DNA of 64,000 nucleotides from Mantamonas sphyraenae STR306 (GCA_026936335.1 JAPMXV010000045.1:372001-436000); one strand, 5' to 3'; shown: positions 13,501-25,043, counted from the stretch's first letter. Numbers and translations: made by a program. The notes: generated from the sequence alone by a model not told the origin.

Positions 13501-13826
13501 TTGTGGTGGAGGACAGCGAGGAAGAAGAGGACTCGGACGCATGGAGCGTTGCCGAGGACGAAGACGACGAAGACCTGCTCTTTAGCGAGGATGACGAGGA
13601 GGAAGAAGACGAAATGCTCACCACAGTTGTGGTCAAGGAGAACAGCACACGGGCTGCCAACAGGAGCAGCACAGGCAGCAGCAGCAGCAGCAGCAGTAAG
13701 GGCAAGAGCAAGGGGAAGAGTGCTTCGCATCAGAAGGAGAGCGCCAGCAGCAAGATCAGGGCCACCGTGGAGGAGATTGAGAACCTCCTTGACGACTCCT
13801 TGGTGGACATGCTCTTGAACGCATAA
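10573..13826 (+). CDS. NCAPG: Condensin complex subunit 3 (CAP-G/Ycg1)
   Basis: MDTINAVFQQAQQSFAKH; AKDKAVRFRVCQLV; RLRDTVPVVRAHAVAAISRLQD; DTSK|DVRKAVL; RCRDVQTDVR; AVAGEGLAKLL; RLRQCFSVFFPSFA. Introns 10725-10807 and 11180-11302. Confidence 0.93.
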
Positions 13827-13838
13827 TGGATGGAGCAA

Positions 13839-16800
13839 TCAATTGTCTTTGATTTCCACAGACACACTGTTCGTGTTCACCTCAGTGGGCCCATCGTCCA
13901 AATAGTCTTCCTCCACGTCGTCGTACTCGTCTGTGGACGCGTCTTCATCTGTGGATGTGAGCTCGTCGTCGTCGCCGTTGTCGTGGTGAGGGTGTTGGCG
14001 TGTGCCATCGAACATGGTGTCGCTGAGACGGATGTGGCGAGTTTCGGCTCCCCGTTGGAGGACAGGAGGCGAGGAGGCAGCAGATGGCCCCGACAGTTCG
14101 TCGTCCAACAGAGTGTTTGGAGACGAACCGTCCCTTGTGGCGCTTCGCACAAACTGGGCCAAATGGGCGGGAGTGCGTTCTGGGGCGCTGGACACGGAGG
14201 AGGCACGGGCTCGTGTGACGACATCCCAGAATCGCTCCTTGTGCTCGTCTTGCAGGTCCTCGACGGCTTCAAGGACGCGTGCAAGCAGCAGGTGCACTTG
14301 GTCGCCATCCTGTACCACCCGTTCATCTTTGACCAGCTGTGGCGTCTGCATGGCCATGAGCTGTGTGGCATGGCGTGCTGCCTGGCGCAGTTTTGCCGAG
14401 TTGGATGACGAAGAGCCCTGTGTCTTGTTCAGCAGCCGCTGCACCCGCCCATCTGCAATGGTTTCCAACGTCTCGCCTTCGTCCAAGTCCATGTTGGTGA
14501 AGTTGTTGACTACTTCGTACAGGCGCTGCGTGCGTGCGTATTCCTTGCGCTTCTTCATGGCAGTGAAGTCCTCCAGCTGGATCACCTGCTCCCAGCTCTT
14601 CTTTGCACGAAGCTCCAGCTCCACCGTGCGTTTGTTGCGGCTTGCTGTCTGCGAGGGTGTACAACAACCCCATGCGTTGCGCCATGATGGTCGTTCCGTC
14701 GCATCGGTCTCATCTTCGTTGCGTTCACCCTCGCCATCCTGAGCCCCCGGGTCGCTGGTGAGCGAGGTGCGGCTGATGCGGAAGGAGCCTGCACGCGCAG
14801 AAGTGCGTCTTGAGCTCGCTCCTCCATTGCCTCCTGCACTGGCGGACCCCGATGCGTTGCGCTTGCGTCGCCAGCGGTGACGCCACGACGAGTTGTTTCG
14901 AGAACGATCGTCATCTGTGTCTGTGTCCCTCCCCTCGTTTTCCAGCTCTTCCAACGCCTTTTCCTCTTCTTCGGCCAGCTTGGCTTCACGCGCAGCAATC
15001 TGCTGCTGCAGCGAAAAGATGTCCAGGACCAGCGCCGCGGCCAGGTTGACCAGGATGATGACCACAAACACCTGAAAGGTGACAAAGTACCACGAAGCGT
15101 ACCAAGTCGTTGCTTCCATGTACCGGTACATGATTTCGTGCCAGTTCGATGTAGTGAACAGCTGAAAGAGGAGGAGAAAGGCGTTCCAGATGCGATCAAA
15201 GTTTTCTGGCACGCCTGCGTCGACGGTTAGGGCAAAGAGCTCCATGCCAACGACGGCGGAGGTGTAAATAAAGACAAGGAGAATGGAGGACATGATGCCC
15301 AGGAGCGGGGTGATGCGCACAAATGTGGCGCTGAGGAGCTTAAAGTGTTCGTCCGAGGCAAACAGACGCAGGAGACGCATGGAGCGAACGAGTTTGAGGG
15401 TGCGCACGGTGAGAACGGCACTTGAGACGTCGCTGAGGAGGATGGAGGTGTTTGGATCGATGGCCGAGGTGGCCTGGGCAGCAGGGAGGGAAGCAGCGAC
15501 AATGATGGCCAGCCAGCTGAGGACGACGATGGACAGGTCGAACCTGTTCCACCATTGGTACCAGTAGTCGCTGAGACCATAGGCAGCGACCTTGAGCAGC
15601 ATTTCCAGGGTGAAACAGACGAGGATGACGACGTCTGCCACGGCGACAACGTCGTCAAAGGCTGGCGAGTTGAGTTCTTCCGTGAGGAGGAGAAGCACAG
15701 AGTTGATGACAATGAGAGAGGTGATGGTAATGGTAAAGGCACGGCTTTCGACAATGTCCATGAGGAGGTCGCGGTCGACATGTGTGTTGAACCATTCGCG
15801 CCAGGGGGCCGGCAAAAGGAGGTCGACGTCTGTGCTGGTGGTGAACTGGAGGAGCATGATGTCGGAGAGGTCAAACCATTCGAGGATTTCCAGTTCGTTG
15901 TTGCCGTTGTCGTCGAGGAGAAAGAGGAGGTCCTCGAGGTGTTCGGGATCAATGTTTGGGTTGAGGCGGAAAAGCAGTTTGCGGGCCATGTCGGCACTGA
16001 CGGTTTGGGTGTGCTCGTCGTAGAGGGTGAAGAACGCAGCCATGAGACCCCTGCGCTCCTTGAGACGGTCGTGCATGATTTGGACCTGGACTTCGAGCTT
16101 GTAGGCGTCGTAGATGACGGCGAGAAAGACGCTGAGGGTGACGTAGACGCCGAGGAGGATGAAGGAGGCAAAATAAATGAAAGACCATGGGGTCACTTGG
16201 AAGGCCGGATAGAGGACACTGGGGTAGTTCTCCGTGGTGAGGAGGACAAAAAGGGTGAGGAGGGAGGAGCCCGTTGTGTCAAAGTTCTCGATGAGTGGCT
16301 GTCCCGATGCCGGGTCCTTGTAGACACCCTTGAAGAGCTGGACGCCGACAAAGGCATAGGTGACGACAAGTCCGATGATGTAGCCCACGATCTGGAGGAT
16401 GTGCGGGAGGGTGCGGAAAATGGTCACACAGATGGCGCGGAGACGCCTGTGAAGGAGGATGAGGGGCCATGAGCGGGAGAGGCGAGAGAAGCGGAATGAG
16501 TTGCCGTAGGCGTGGGCAATGAGGTCTGCGAGCTGGAAGAGGATGATGAGGACGTAGAGAGTCTGTCTGCGTTTGCGCACGAGTTCGTGATAGCCCGAAT
16601 GGTAGGCGAGGAGGAGGACGTCTGCAGAGGTGATGGCGATGCAGATGCACTCGATGACAAAGGCGACGACGGGCATGGAGGATGGGGCGAGGTGGGGTCT
16701 GGAGGTGGCCGGTGGTTCCACAAGGGCGACGAGGCAGTGGACAATGATGGCGAGGTAGACGAGGGCGCGCCAGTAGGGATGGATCATGAAATGGTAAGCG

Positions 16801-17759
16801 CGCATGGGACCCGGTCCCATGCGGTGGATCTTGAGTGGGCGGCCAGAGGTGCAGCCACGAATGAAGTGGAGGGCCCGTTCGAGGCGCTCGTCCTCAGTGG
16901 TGGGCTGGGAACGGGTCAGCTTCCAGAACATGGGGTTCTCTGCATGGAGCTGGGAGCGCTTGTACTTGGGTTTCTTGGGCCTCTTGGACGGAGCGGCGTG
17001 GGAGGAGGGGTCAGCCGGGTCAGCAGGCAGGGACGAGTCTTCTGACGCATCGTCGGTGGAGTGAACACGGTCGTGGGAGCGGGCAGCCTGCTCGTTGGCC
17101 TTTCTGGCAATGAGGCGCATATCTGCACGGATGGAGAGGTCTTCGGAGTCTGTGCGGAGAAGTTCTTTGGTGACAAAGTGAGCGTCGAGATCTTTGACGT
17201 CAAGAGCGGCGTTGTTGCGGTGGAGAAACTCTTGCATCTTGAACTCATCCTCGACCTTGGATTGTCTGTGTTGCAGACCGAGGCCTTGGATGACACCAGC
17301 GAGGCGGATGTCCTTGGAGATGGCTTCGTCGTGAATCTGCTCGCCAGTGAGCTGCTTCGGGCCCTTGCGTTGACCACGCTGCTTGCCACGACGTGAAGGA
17401 TCAGCCTGACTGGCTGCGGACTGCAAGGCAGCACGTGGAGGGACGCCGTCCTGCTTGGCGGCGACGCGGGAGCGTGCGTTTGCCGTCTCGGAAGAGCGGC
17501 GGGCTTTTGAGCGCATGGCAGTTTGGAGGACGTTGGCATGGCCCTGTGATCGACGTGTGGAGGAAAGGGAGGAAGAGGTGGTGGCGTTGGAAGAAGAGGC
17601 GTAGGAGGGTGGTTGCCTGTACGGTTCGTCGTCGTCGTCGTCGATGGTGGAGGAGAAGGTGGAGAGGAGGTCAGACGGGACGGGAGCTCTGGTTGTTGTG
17701 TTGGCTGTGTTGTTGCTGTTGTTGTTGCTGTTGTTTGTGGATGGGTGTGGGGAGGACAT
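13839..17759 (-). CDS. Two-pore channel (TPC), 2 x 6TM with EF-hand linker
   Basis: Two voltage-sensor/pore repeats (RFSRLSR; RTLKLVRSMRLLRL), pore loops LLTTENYP and LFTTSNWHEIM, EF-hand-like DDNGNNELEILE in the linker. Start placed at MSSPHP (17759) because the upstream ORF part overlaps the divergent gene. Confidence 0.9.
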   Translation of the reverse strand: MSSPHPSTNNSNNNSNNTANTTTRAPVPSDLLSTFSSTIDDDDDEPYRQPPSYASSSNATTSSSLSSTRRSQGHANVLQTAMRSKARRSSETANARSRVAAKQDGVPPRAALQSAASQADPSRRGKQRGQRKGPKQLTGEQIHDEAISKDIRLAGVIQGLGLQHRQSKVEDEFKMQEFLHRNNAALDVKDLDAHFVTKELLRTDSEDLSIRADMRLIARKANEQAARSHDRVHSTDDASEDSSLPADPADPSSHAAPSKRPKKPKYKRSQLHAENPMFWKLTRSQPTTEDERLERALHFIRGCTSGRPLKIHRMGPGPMRAYHFMIHPYWRALVYLAIIVHCLVALVEPPATSRPHLAPSSMPVVAFVIECICIAITSADVLLLAYHSGYHELVRKRRQTLYVLIILFQLADLIAHAYGNSFRFSRLSRSWPLILLHRRLRAICVTIFRTLPHILQIVGYIIGLVVTYAFVGVQLFKGVYKDPASGQPLIENFDTTGSSLLTLFVLLTTENYPSVLYPAFQVTPWSFIYFASFILLGVYVTLSVFLAVIYDAYKLEVQVQIMHDRLKERRGLMAAFFTLYDEHTQTVSADMARKLLFRLNPNIDPEHLEDLLFLLDDNGNNELEILEWFDLSDIMLLQFTTSTDVDLLLPAPWREWFNTHVDRDLLMDIVESRAFTITITSLIVINSVLLLLTEELNSPAFDDVVAVADVVILVCFTLEMLLKVAAYGLSDYWYQWWNRFDLSIVVLSWLAIIVAASLPAAQATSAIDPNTSILLSDVSSAVLTVRTLKLVRSMRLLRLFASDEHFKLLSATFVRITPLLGIMSSILLVFIYTSAVVGMELFALTVDAGVPENFDRIWNAFLLLFQLFTTSNWHEIMYRYMEATTWYASWYFVTFQVFVVIILVNLAAALVLDIFSLQQQIAAREAKLAEEEEKALEELENEGRDTDTDDDRSRNNSSWRHRWRRKRNASGSASAGGNGGASSRRTSARAGSFRISRTSLTSDPGAQDGEGERNEDETDATERPSWRNAWGCCTPSQTASRNKRTVELELRAKKSWEQVIQLEDFTAMKKRKEYARTQRLYEVVNNFTNMDLDEGETLETIADGRVQRLLNKTQGSSSSNSAKLRQAARHATQLMAMQTPQLVKDERVVQDGDQVHLLLARVLEAVEDLQDEHKERFWDVVTRARASSVSSAPERTPAHLAQFVRSATRDGSSPNTLLDDELSGPSAASSPPVLQRGAETRHIRLSDTMFDGTRQHPHHDNGDDDELTSTDEDASTDEYDDVEEDYLDDGPTEVNTNSVSVEIKDN

Positions 17760-17973
17760 TGCGGTGTTTTCGTGTTGGTTCCGAGAAGGCGAAACTCCGG
17801 GAAGAGAGGTTCGTGTGCGGGTGAATGGGTGAATGGATGGGGTGGTCACTTTGCCATTGCCATTAGTGGACCACTCTCCATGCTTCCATTTCCTCGCTCC
17901 TGTTTTGTGTTTGGCACAATGGATGTGAGCGCGCTGCGCTGCGCCGAGCTGCCCATACGAACTCATTTGCAAC

Positions 17974-20070
17974 ATGAAGGTGAACACAATCGTGGTTGCG
18001 ATGATGCTGCTGTGCGCTTGCGCACTGGCAATCCCTGAGCCGAACATGAACGGCATGGCAATGTTTGTCTCTGAAGCCGAAGGTGTGTTTTTTCCGTTCC
18101 CCGGAATTGTTGCCGCCCTCCCCCGTGTGGCATGCGCCCCCCAAACCGAGGCATGTGTGCATGTGACAGCCTGCGGATGGCAGGTGGAACGGGAGACGGC
18201 ATGGCGTCGCCTGTTGTGGGTGTGCGCATGTCAACGAAACGCGTGTGTGTCGCTGTGGGCTCGACGATAAGAAATGGGCTGCGTGCAGAGAAAAAAACGC
18301 CCACATCTCACATCTCACACGCGCGAACTTGGCCCCATACGCTCAGACGCCACGGAGATGGAGATGCCTATGACCGAGGACGACTCGATGCAGGTGGACG
18401 ACGCCCAGGTGGACAGCGAGCTGTCCACCGAGGATGTGGCCGACGAGGCAGAACCGGAATTGGATTCGGAGGTGGCGAAACTCATTGGCGAGGAACAAGA
18501 GCCGATGAGTGCCACCGAGGAGTCTGTGATGGACGAAGACGAGGAGACGGATGAAGACGCGAGCACGGTGAAGCTTCGCCGGGCAGCGGAGAAAGCTCGT
18601 AAGAAGCTGAACCGCGCAAGCAAGCGTCTGCGACGTGTTCGCAAGAAGTACCGCCGCGCCAAGCGCGTGGTGGACCGTCTCCCTCGCCGCATCAACAAGG
18701 CAGCCGCCGCTGTGCGTGAGGCCAAGGCTGAGTACGCCATGAAGCGTGCTGAGCTGCACATGCACCTGAAGGCCATGGCCCGTCGCGCCAAGCAGGGCAA
18801 GAAGGGTGGCAAGAAGGGAAAGAAGGGTGGCAAGAAGGGAAAGAAGGGTGGCAAGAAGGGCAAGAAGGGTGGCAAGAAGGGCAAGAAGGGTGGCAAGAAG
18901 GGCAAGAAGGGTGGCAAGAAGGGCAAGAAGGGTGGCAAGAAGGGCAAGAAGGGCAAGAAGGGCAAGAAGGGTGGCAAGAAGGGAAAGAAGGGTGGCAAGA
19001 AGGGCAAGAAGGGTGGCAAGAAGGGAAAGAAGGGTGGCAAGAAGGGAAAGAAGGGTGGCAAGAAGGGCAAGAAGGGTGGCAAGAAGGGCAAGAAGGGTGG
19101 CAAGAAGGGCAAGAAGGGCAAGAAGGGCAAGAAGGGCAAGAAGGGCAAGAAGGGTGGCAAGCGCAAGTACCGCCGTGTCACGCGCCGTCAGTGCCGAAGG
19201 TACCGCGCCCGCAAGTACTGCCCCAAGCGCAAGAACTGCCGTCGCCTGCGCAAGCGCTGCCGCAAGCTGTTTTGCTTGCGCAAGAGCCCCGCCAACAAGA
19301 AGAAGTGCAACATGAGCTTCAATGTGATCAAGCGCAAGCGCAAGTACCGTCGTGTCACGCGCCGTCAGTGCCGAAGGTACCGCGCCCGCAAGTACTGCCC
19401 CAAGCGCAAGAACTGCCGTCGCCTGCGCAAGCGCTGCCGCAAGCTGTTTTGCTTGCGCAAGAGCCCGGCCAACAAGAAGAAGTGCAACATGAGCTTCAAT
19501 GTGATCAAGCGCAAGCGCAAGTACCGTCGTGTCACGCGCCGTCAGTGCCGAGTGTACCGCGCCCGCAAGTACTGCCCCAAGCGCAAGAACTGCCGTCGCC
19601 TGCGCAAGCGCTGCCGCAAGCTGTTTTGCTTGCGCAAGAGCCCCGCCAACAAGAAGAAGTGCAACATGAGCTTCAATGTGATCAAGCGCAAGCGCACCAA
19701 GCCCATCCGGTGCAACCTGTGCAACAAGTGGCGCGCAAAGAAGACTTGCCCCAAGGGCAAGAACTGTGCTCGTCTCCGCAGGCGCTGCCGCCTGTCCTGC
19801 TGCAAGCACCCCCTCCCGAAAATCCGTGCCAAGTGCCGCAAGAGTTTCAAGGTGATCAAGAAGACCAAGAAGACGCAGAAGAAGAAGAAGAAGTCGCAGA
19901 AGAAGAACAAGAAGGCGCAGAACAAGATCAAGAAGGCGCTGAAGAAGAACAAGAAGGCGCAGAAGAAGAACAAGAAGGCGCAGAAGAAGAACAAGAAGGG
20001 CGGCAAGGACGTTTCGGACGCGGAGGATGACGCCATGTTCCAGGCCTCGCAGCCCTACGACGACATGTAA
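17974..20070 (+). CDS. Secreted acidic-then-polybasic Lys/Gly and Lys/Arg/Cys repeat protein
   Basis: Signal peptide MKVNTIVVAMMLLCACALA; phase-1 intron 18083-18346 joins it in frame to the 598-aa ORF; strong AAG/GGC/CGC codon bias. Confidence 0.8.
18796..19158 (+). repeat. Coding tandem repeat, 21-bp unit (GKKGGKK) with 9-bp GKK variants
   Basis: ggcaagaagggtggcaagaag repeated about 15 times with synonymous GGA/GGC variation. Confidence 0.95.
19159..19689 (+). repeat. Three near-identical 177-bp (59-aa, 6-Cys) coding repeats plus a diverged fourth copy
   Basis: aagcgcaagtaccg starts at 19159, 19336 and 19513 (177-bp period). Confidence 0.95.
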
Positions 20071-20171
20071 GCATGTCCTGTGTGCAACGGAAACTTCATC
20101 AGCAACTGAGCGTGGATCGTCTCAACAATGAATTGTTTGTTGCCGTGTGTGTTTGCTTGGTTTGCCTGTTG

Positions 20172-20621
20172 TCAGCGGTGCACCGTTTCCAACGCATCGG
20201 CCACAGCTTTCATGTCTCGCTCGATCATCCGTGCCCACTGCTCCACATCCCCCAATTCCTTCAATTGCGCATTGAAATTGTCCACCATCTTAAGCCACAG
20301 CGCCGTCTGCTTGTTGAACCGCTTGGCATTGTTTTGCAGTGCCTGTGCCTCTTGCTCCAGCCTCCTCTGGTTGCTGAACACTGTGGACACACCGGAATTG
20401 ACCTCTTCCATCAATGCACTGTGTGCATATCACAACCCCTTGCCTGTCAGTTGCTGTGCGCGCTGGGCCTTTCGCACTGCTTTCTTTCCGCCCCTCTCCA
20501 CTTTCCACACTCACTCGTTCGCCACCTCGATGCTTGCCATCGCCTTTTCCTTGCTCGCTTCAACGCGTTTCCTGTTCTGCCGCCGCTGCGCCTCTGCCTC
20601 ACGGTGGATATTGCTCAGCAT
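20172..20621 (-). CDS. BLOC1S1: BLOC-1/BORC subunit 1 (GCN5L1)
   Basis: MLSNIHRE..., intron 20514-20419, then NSGVSTVFSNQRRLEQEA...FNKQTALWLKMVDNFNAQLKELGDVEQWARMIERDMKAVADALE. Confidence 0.92.
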
Positions 20622-20684
20622 GGACAGAAACGGGCGGTGTGAAGGGTTGGTTTGCTGGGTCCCCCTGCGCAGCCAACAACAGCC

Positions 20685-23600
20685 ATGGCGGACGTCCAGG
20701 TGCCAAGCACCACCTGTCTCGAACTCACCTCGCACTTTTCACGGCTGTTGGGAAGCAGTGGACGCATTCGCATTCGCTCCCTTACCGCCAGTAAGTCCTT
20801 GCTGGCTGTGGGCGTCAACACAGGAACCGCGTACCTCTTTGCGCGCCCGTCCCTCAAGTATCTGCAGCCTATCACGCCCACAAAGGCCAAGAGTGCAGCC
20901 ACTCAGTTGGCTCTTGGTGGTCCAGAAGACCGGCCCGAGTCGCTCTTGGCTGTGGGACTGGAAACCGGTGCGCTTCTCGTGTGGCAACTCAATCTGCGCC
21001 AACTCCGCACCCGCGAGGAATTGCTGGGGCAATCCGATGCCCACATGGGACACGAAATCACTGCCGTGGCATTTTGGAAGGCAGGCACCCTGGTCCTGAG
21101 TGTCGATCAACAGGGGGTCCTTGTTGCCACGCAGGTTCCCGACGCGTCCACGCGCAACCCGCTTGCCAGCGTCCAGCTGTACACAGCCGAAGAGGAGGTG
21201 CTTCAGATGGAAGTGCTCCAACATATGATCCTTATTTCCACATACACTCGTTCTCTCGTGCTCCACACCGTGGGCGACACCCTTGAGGACCTCCGCGTCG
21301 ACAGAGACGTTCAGCTCGGCTCCAAGGCTCGTGATGGCTTCTTTGGCGCCTGTTTCTCCCAGCTGGCCATTGACGACGAGCTGGTCGCCTTCTCTGCGCG
21401 TCCTGGCTACCGCACATGGGTGGCTGATGTCGAGTCTGGCGAAGTGTACCACACGGTGAAAGCAAAGGGTTCCCTCATTGAACTCTCCACCGCAGGCAGT
21501 GTCCTCGCCATGGATGGCAGTGGCGGCGTAGTTCCGGAAACAGTTCATGCGTTCGGGCAGATGTTTCGACTGGGAAAGCGCCTGCTGCTGACTTGGAACG
21601 TAGACGACGCCACGGCCTCCAGCTCCGTCTACATCGTCAATCCCGACCACGGCGTTGTCGAATGGCGCTACGAGAGTGCAGAGGCTCTGTGTGTTGCCAC
21701 CTCAGGTCCACATGCCTTTGTCGTCGACGACAACGGCGAGGTGCAGCGAGTATGGCAATTGTCGCTTGCCCAAGCGGCTTCGGAAGTCGACGACGCACAA
21801 AGTGTTGCAGAAGAGGGGAAAACGGAACAGAAGGAAGAGGAGCACGAGGAGGAGGAAGAGGAGGAAGAGGAGGAAGAGGAAGAGGAGGAGGAGGAGGAAG
21901 AGGAACACCAAGGGGAAGAGGAAGTGGAGGATGAAGAAGTTGGGGAAGCGGAGACAAAGCAAGGAGAGGCGCACAAGGTCGAAACAGAGACGGAAAGGGA
22001 AGCTGGGCAGGAAAAAGACGTGGGAGATGCAGGAAAACTAGAGTCACAGGATGCAGACAGCATCTCTGTGGCTTCGGCACCGCCTGCAGTCGAAGCGACC
22101 TCCGTGGAGCCGATATCCGCAGCTGCGGTGGCTGGCGGTGGACGAAAGGGCAAACGAGGCGGGAAGCGAAGGCATAGGAGCATGACGAACATCGAGGATC
22201 CAAGCAGTGGATCGAGTGTTGGAGTGGGATCGGGGCTGGACATGTCCAACCTGCGCGATCCGTCCATGCCCACCAAGCTTGTGACCATTAACATGAAGAG
22301 CACGCGCAGCAAAGCAGAGGTGATGGGACAGTCTGTGGTTAAGACTGTGAGCAGCACAGAGATGGGTGTAGAGAAGAAGCGCAGCAGCAGCAGCAGCAGC
22401 GTCTTGGGGGAGGCGCACTCAGAAGACAGCTACGGCGCACGGAAAAAGGAGGGCCGAAAGGAGGGCAAGAAGGACGCAGAGGGCAATTTGATGGAGGGCA
22501 TGAACAAGATGTTCCAGTCGCTGGCGAGCAGCGCGTCGTTGGACGGACTCATGGGTGGCGGGAGCAAGTCGCGCGGAAGCCCGCTGATCAGCGATGGCAG
22601 CAGCGATGCGTCTGGTGTGCAAGATGCCGGTGAGTTTCAGGAGAGTGAAGCTGCTGTGGTCAACCCCACCCTGGTGGCCATCAAGAAGCAGGGACGCAAA
22701 AAGAGCATCATCAAGAAACAGATCCGGAAGCAACAGCTGGAGCAACAAGGGGTCATTGTGCGCGATGCAGATCGGGTCGCCACTGCCACATCCGCCACCA
22801 CCACGACGAACGGGGACTCTATCATGACTGAGGAAACGACACCATCGGCGTCGGAGAGCGACGACGTGGAGCTGGACGGATCAGAGAGGAGCTGTTGATA
22901 CCGCGCAGACGGTGGTGGAGAAGGGCCAGGAAGAAGAGAACGAGAAGGAGAAAGAGGAAAAGGGGGAAGAGGTGGCAGCAGAGCAGGGCGTTGGTGAGGA
23001 GCACAAGGGTCGTCAGGTGGAGGCGAACGGCAAGATCACCACAAGCGGTGAGGTCGCGACGGTCGCCAAGGGCAATGGGTTGGAGGAGGACAAGGCAACA
23101 AAGAAGACAGCACAAGAAAGGAAGCAACAACGGAGGCAAGGAAGGCTGGTGGGTCTGTGGAGAAACGCCCAGTCAAGGCGTGGACGCAAAGCGCGCTGCA
23201 AGTGTACAGTAGGAAAGGGCAGGCGTCGGAGCAAGGGGGAGGCGAGTCTCCAACGCCGATGGCATCGCTGCTGCAGCGATGGTTGGACATGTTTACTGAA
23301 GCCAGCCAAGAGGAGCGGGAGGAGGTGCCGTGGGAGTGGGCGAGCGTTTTGTGCACAGCGTGCTTCTGCATGGCGCTGCGACCGGGGCAAAAGGCAGGGC
23401 TGACGGCACAGTGGGACTGGGAGGTGGACGAATGCTGCGGCTTTGTGGAACAGTTGTACGAGTGGCTGGATGTGCCGAGCGTGCTGTTTGCACTGAACAA
23501 CAGAGGCCAGGGTCGCTTTGCCAAGGCGGTAGCGCTGGTTCAGGCACTGGAAGACGGAGGGAAGCGTGCAAACCCAAGCAGCAAAGCCAGTGATTGCGTG

Positions 23601-24977
23601 TTGATGGAGGCATTGGAGGGGATGGTGCGTGCAGGTGGCGAGCAGGAGGTGGTTGTGCTGGAACGGCTTGCCAGCGAAGCTGACGTCGGGCTGATGCTGC
23701 GCCTGCTGCCGCAGCTGCTACAGGTGCGTGCAGAGGACACATGTGTCGTGTGTGCCAGCATGTTCCCCGGCATACAGACGTGGAACATGGAGCGTGCGTG
23801 CGTGGAGGCAGGAGTGGACGCGGTGTGTCTGCTGCCCTTTTACAAGGCGCTGTTGGACATGGGCACGGAAATGGTCACCCAAGTGGCGAATGCGCATTTG
23901 GCTGGAGCTGTGGTGCCGCCGGTGCACAATTGGCACACGGTGGGGCGGTACTTTGAACTTTGTCTGCGCGACGAACCTCCTGCGCGCGAGAGGCTGTTTG
24001 GAGACGAGATGGGACGGTTGCCGGCTCGAGATGCACACCGTGTGGTGTGGAAGCACGAGAAGGAGTTGCTGGGCATTGTGACACCGGCCGTGGGTGTGGC
24101 AGGGGCCGAGCGCGACACGATGCAGCTTGTGAAGCTGTGCATGCAGCACGGTTTCTGGCTTGGTCTGCTCACTCTGTACATTGAAATGGACCAGTTGGTG
24201 CCAGCCATGCATGTGGTGGTGCACACGGACGACTGGGAGTCGTTGCAGGTTCTGATGGAGAACAACGGCCAGGAAGACGACTGGCGGCAGCTTCTGGATG
24301 TTGTGAACAGTGTGGTGAACAGCGATGGACAGGAGACTCATGATGGCAAGGACCAGGAGGAGTCTGGGCTTGGTGGGCTTGTCGGAGGGGCCGACGAACC
24401 CAGTGCAGGCGAGGAGGTTCCGGTGCACAGCAAACGCGCAGTGAGTGTGGAACGTGTTGTGACGCTGATGGCACGTGCCGTGGGACCTGTCCAAGCCTTG
24501 AGTCTGTTGCTGGAGTGGCCCGAGCTTGCACAGGCTGGGGTGCCCCCGTCAGTGTACCGCGAGTGTATCCGGATGGGAGACGTGGCTGAACAGCAGCAGG
24601 AGATCATCCACGAGATGCTCGGTGTGGTTGGAGAGTATACGTATAGCAGGCGGCCAAACACAATGGCACCGCAGTTCTACGCAGTGCTGCGAGCGGAGCT
24701 GCAGGAAACAGCGCACGCCTTGCCCTTTGTGCGCAAGAGCAAGCTGACGTTTGAACACACGGGTAAGCTCCCAGCGTTTTTTGAGGATGGAAACACGCAC
24801 TGGGGCGTGCAGGTGGACATGGACGATCGGTGTGCTGTGTGCACGCTTCCCTTGGGCGAGCTGGTCAGCGCCAACGTCCTTGTGTTTGGATGCGGCCACG
24901 GCTTTCACCAAGGCTGCAACACAGCGGGAGGCTGTGTGGTATGTTACGACCGCGCCCAGGACGACGGAGTTTGGTGA
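20685..24977 (+). CDS. HPS5-like (BLOC-2) protein: N-terminal beta-propeller, acidic linker, helical region, C-terminal RING; two apparent frameshifts
   Basis: Propeller motifs ILISTYTRS, LGSKARDGFFGACF, FSARPGYRTWVAD (HPS5/TECPR2 type); C-terminal HWG...CAVCTLPL...FGCGHGFHQGC...CVVC. Reading frame changes near 22887 and 23119. Confidence 0.7.
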
Positions 24978-25043
24978 AGTGCAAGAGTAAATGGCAGGGG
25001 CGCGCTTCGAAAGTGGGTTTTGTTTGCCGAGGCCAGCACGTCG

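Noticed and set aside
17760-18056. N-terminal 99 aa of the 1405-aa TPC ORF
   Set aside because: Overlaps the signal-peptide exon of the divergent gene; the ATG at 17759 is the more plausible start.
18796-19689. Tandem repeats as a possible CRISPR-like array
   Set aside because: No unique spacers; units are multiples of 3 with synonymous variation inside an ORF.
22880-23125. Programmed ribosomal frameshifting or a non-standard genetic code
   Set aside because: No consistent slippery or stop motif at the shift sites; conserved genes read normally and end in TAA, TAG or TGA.
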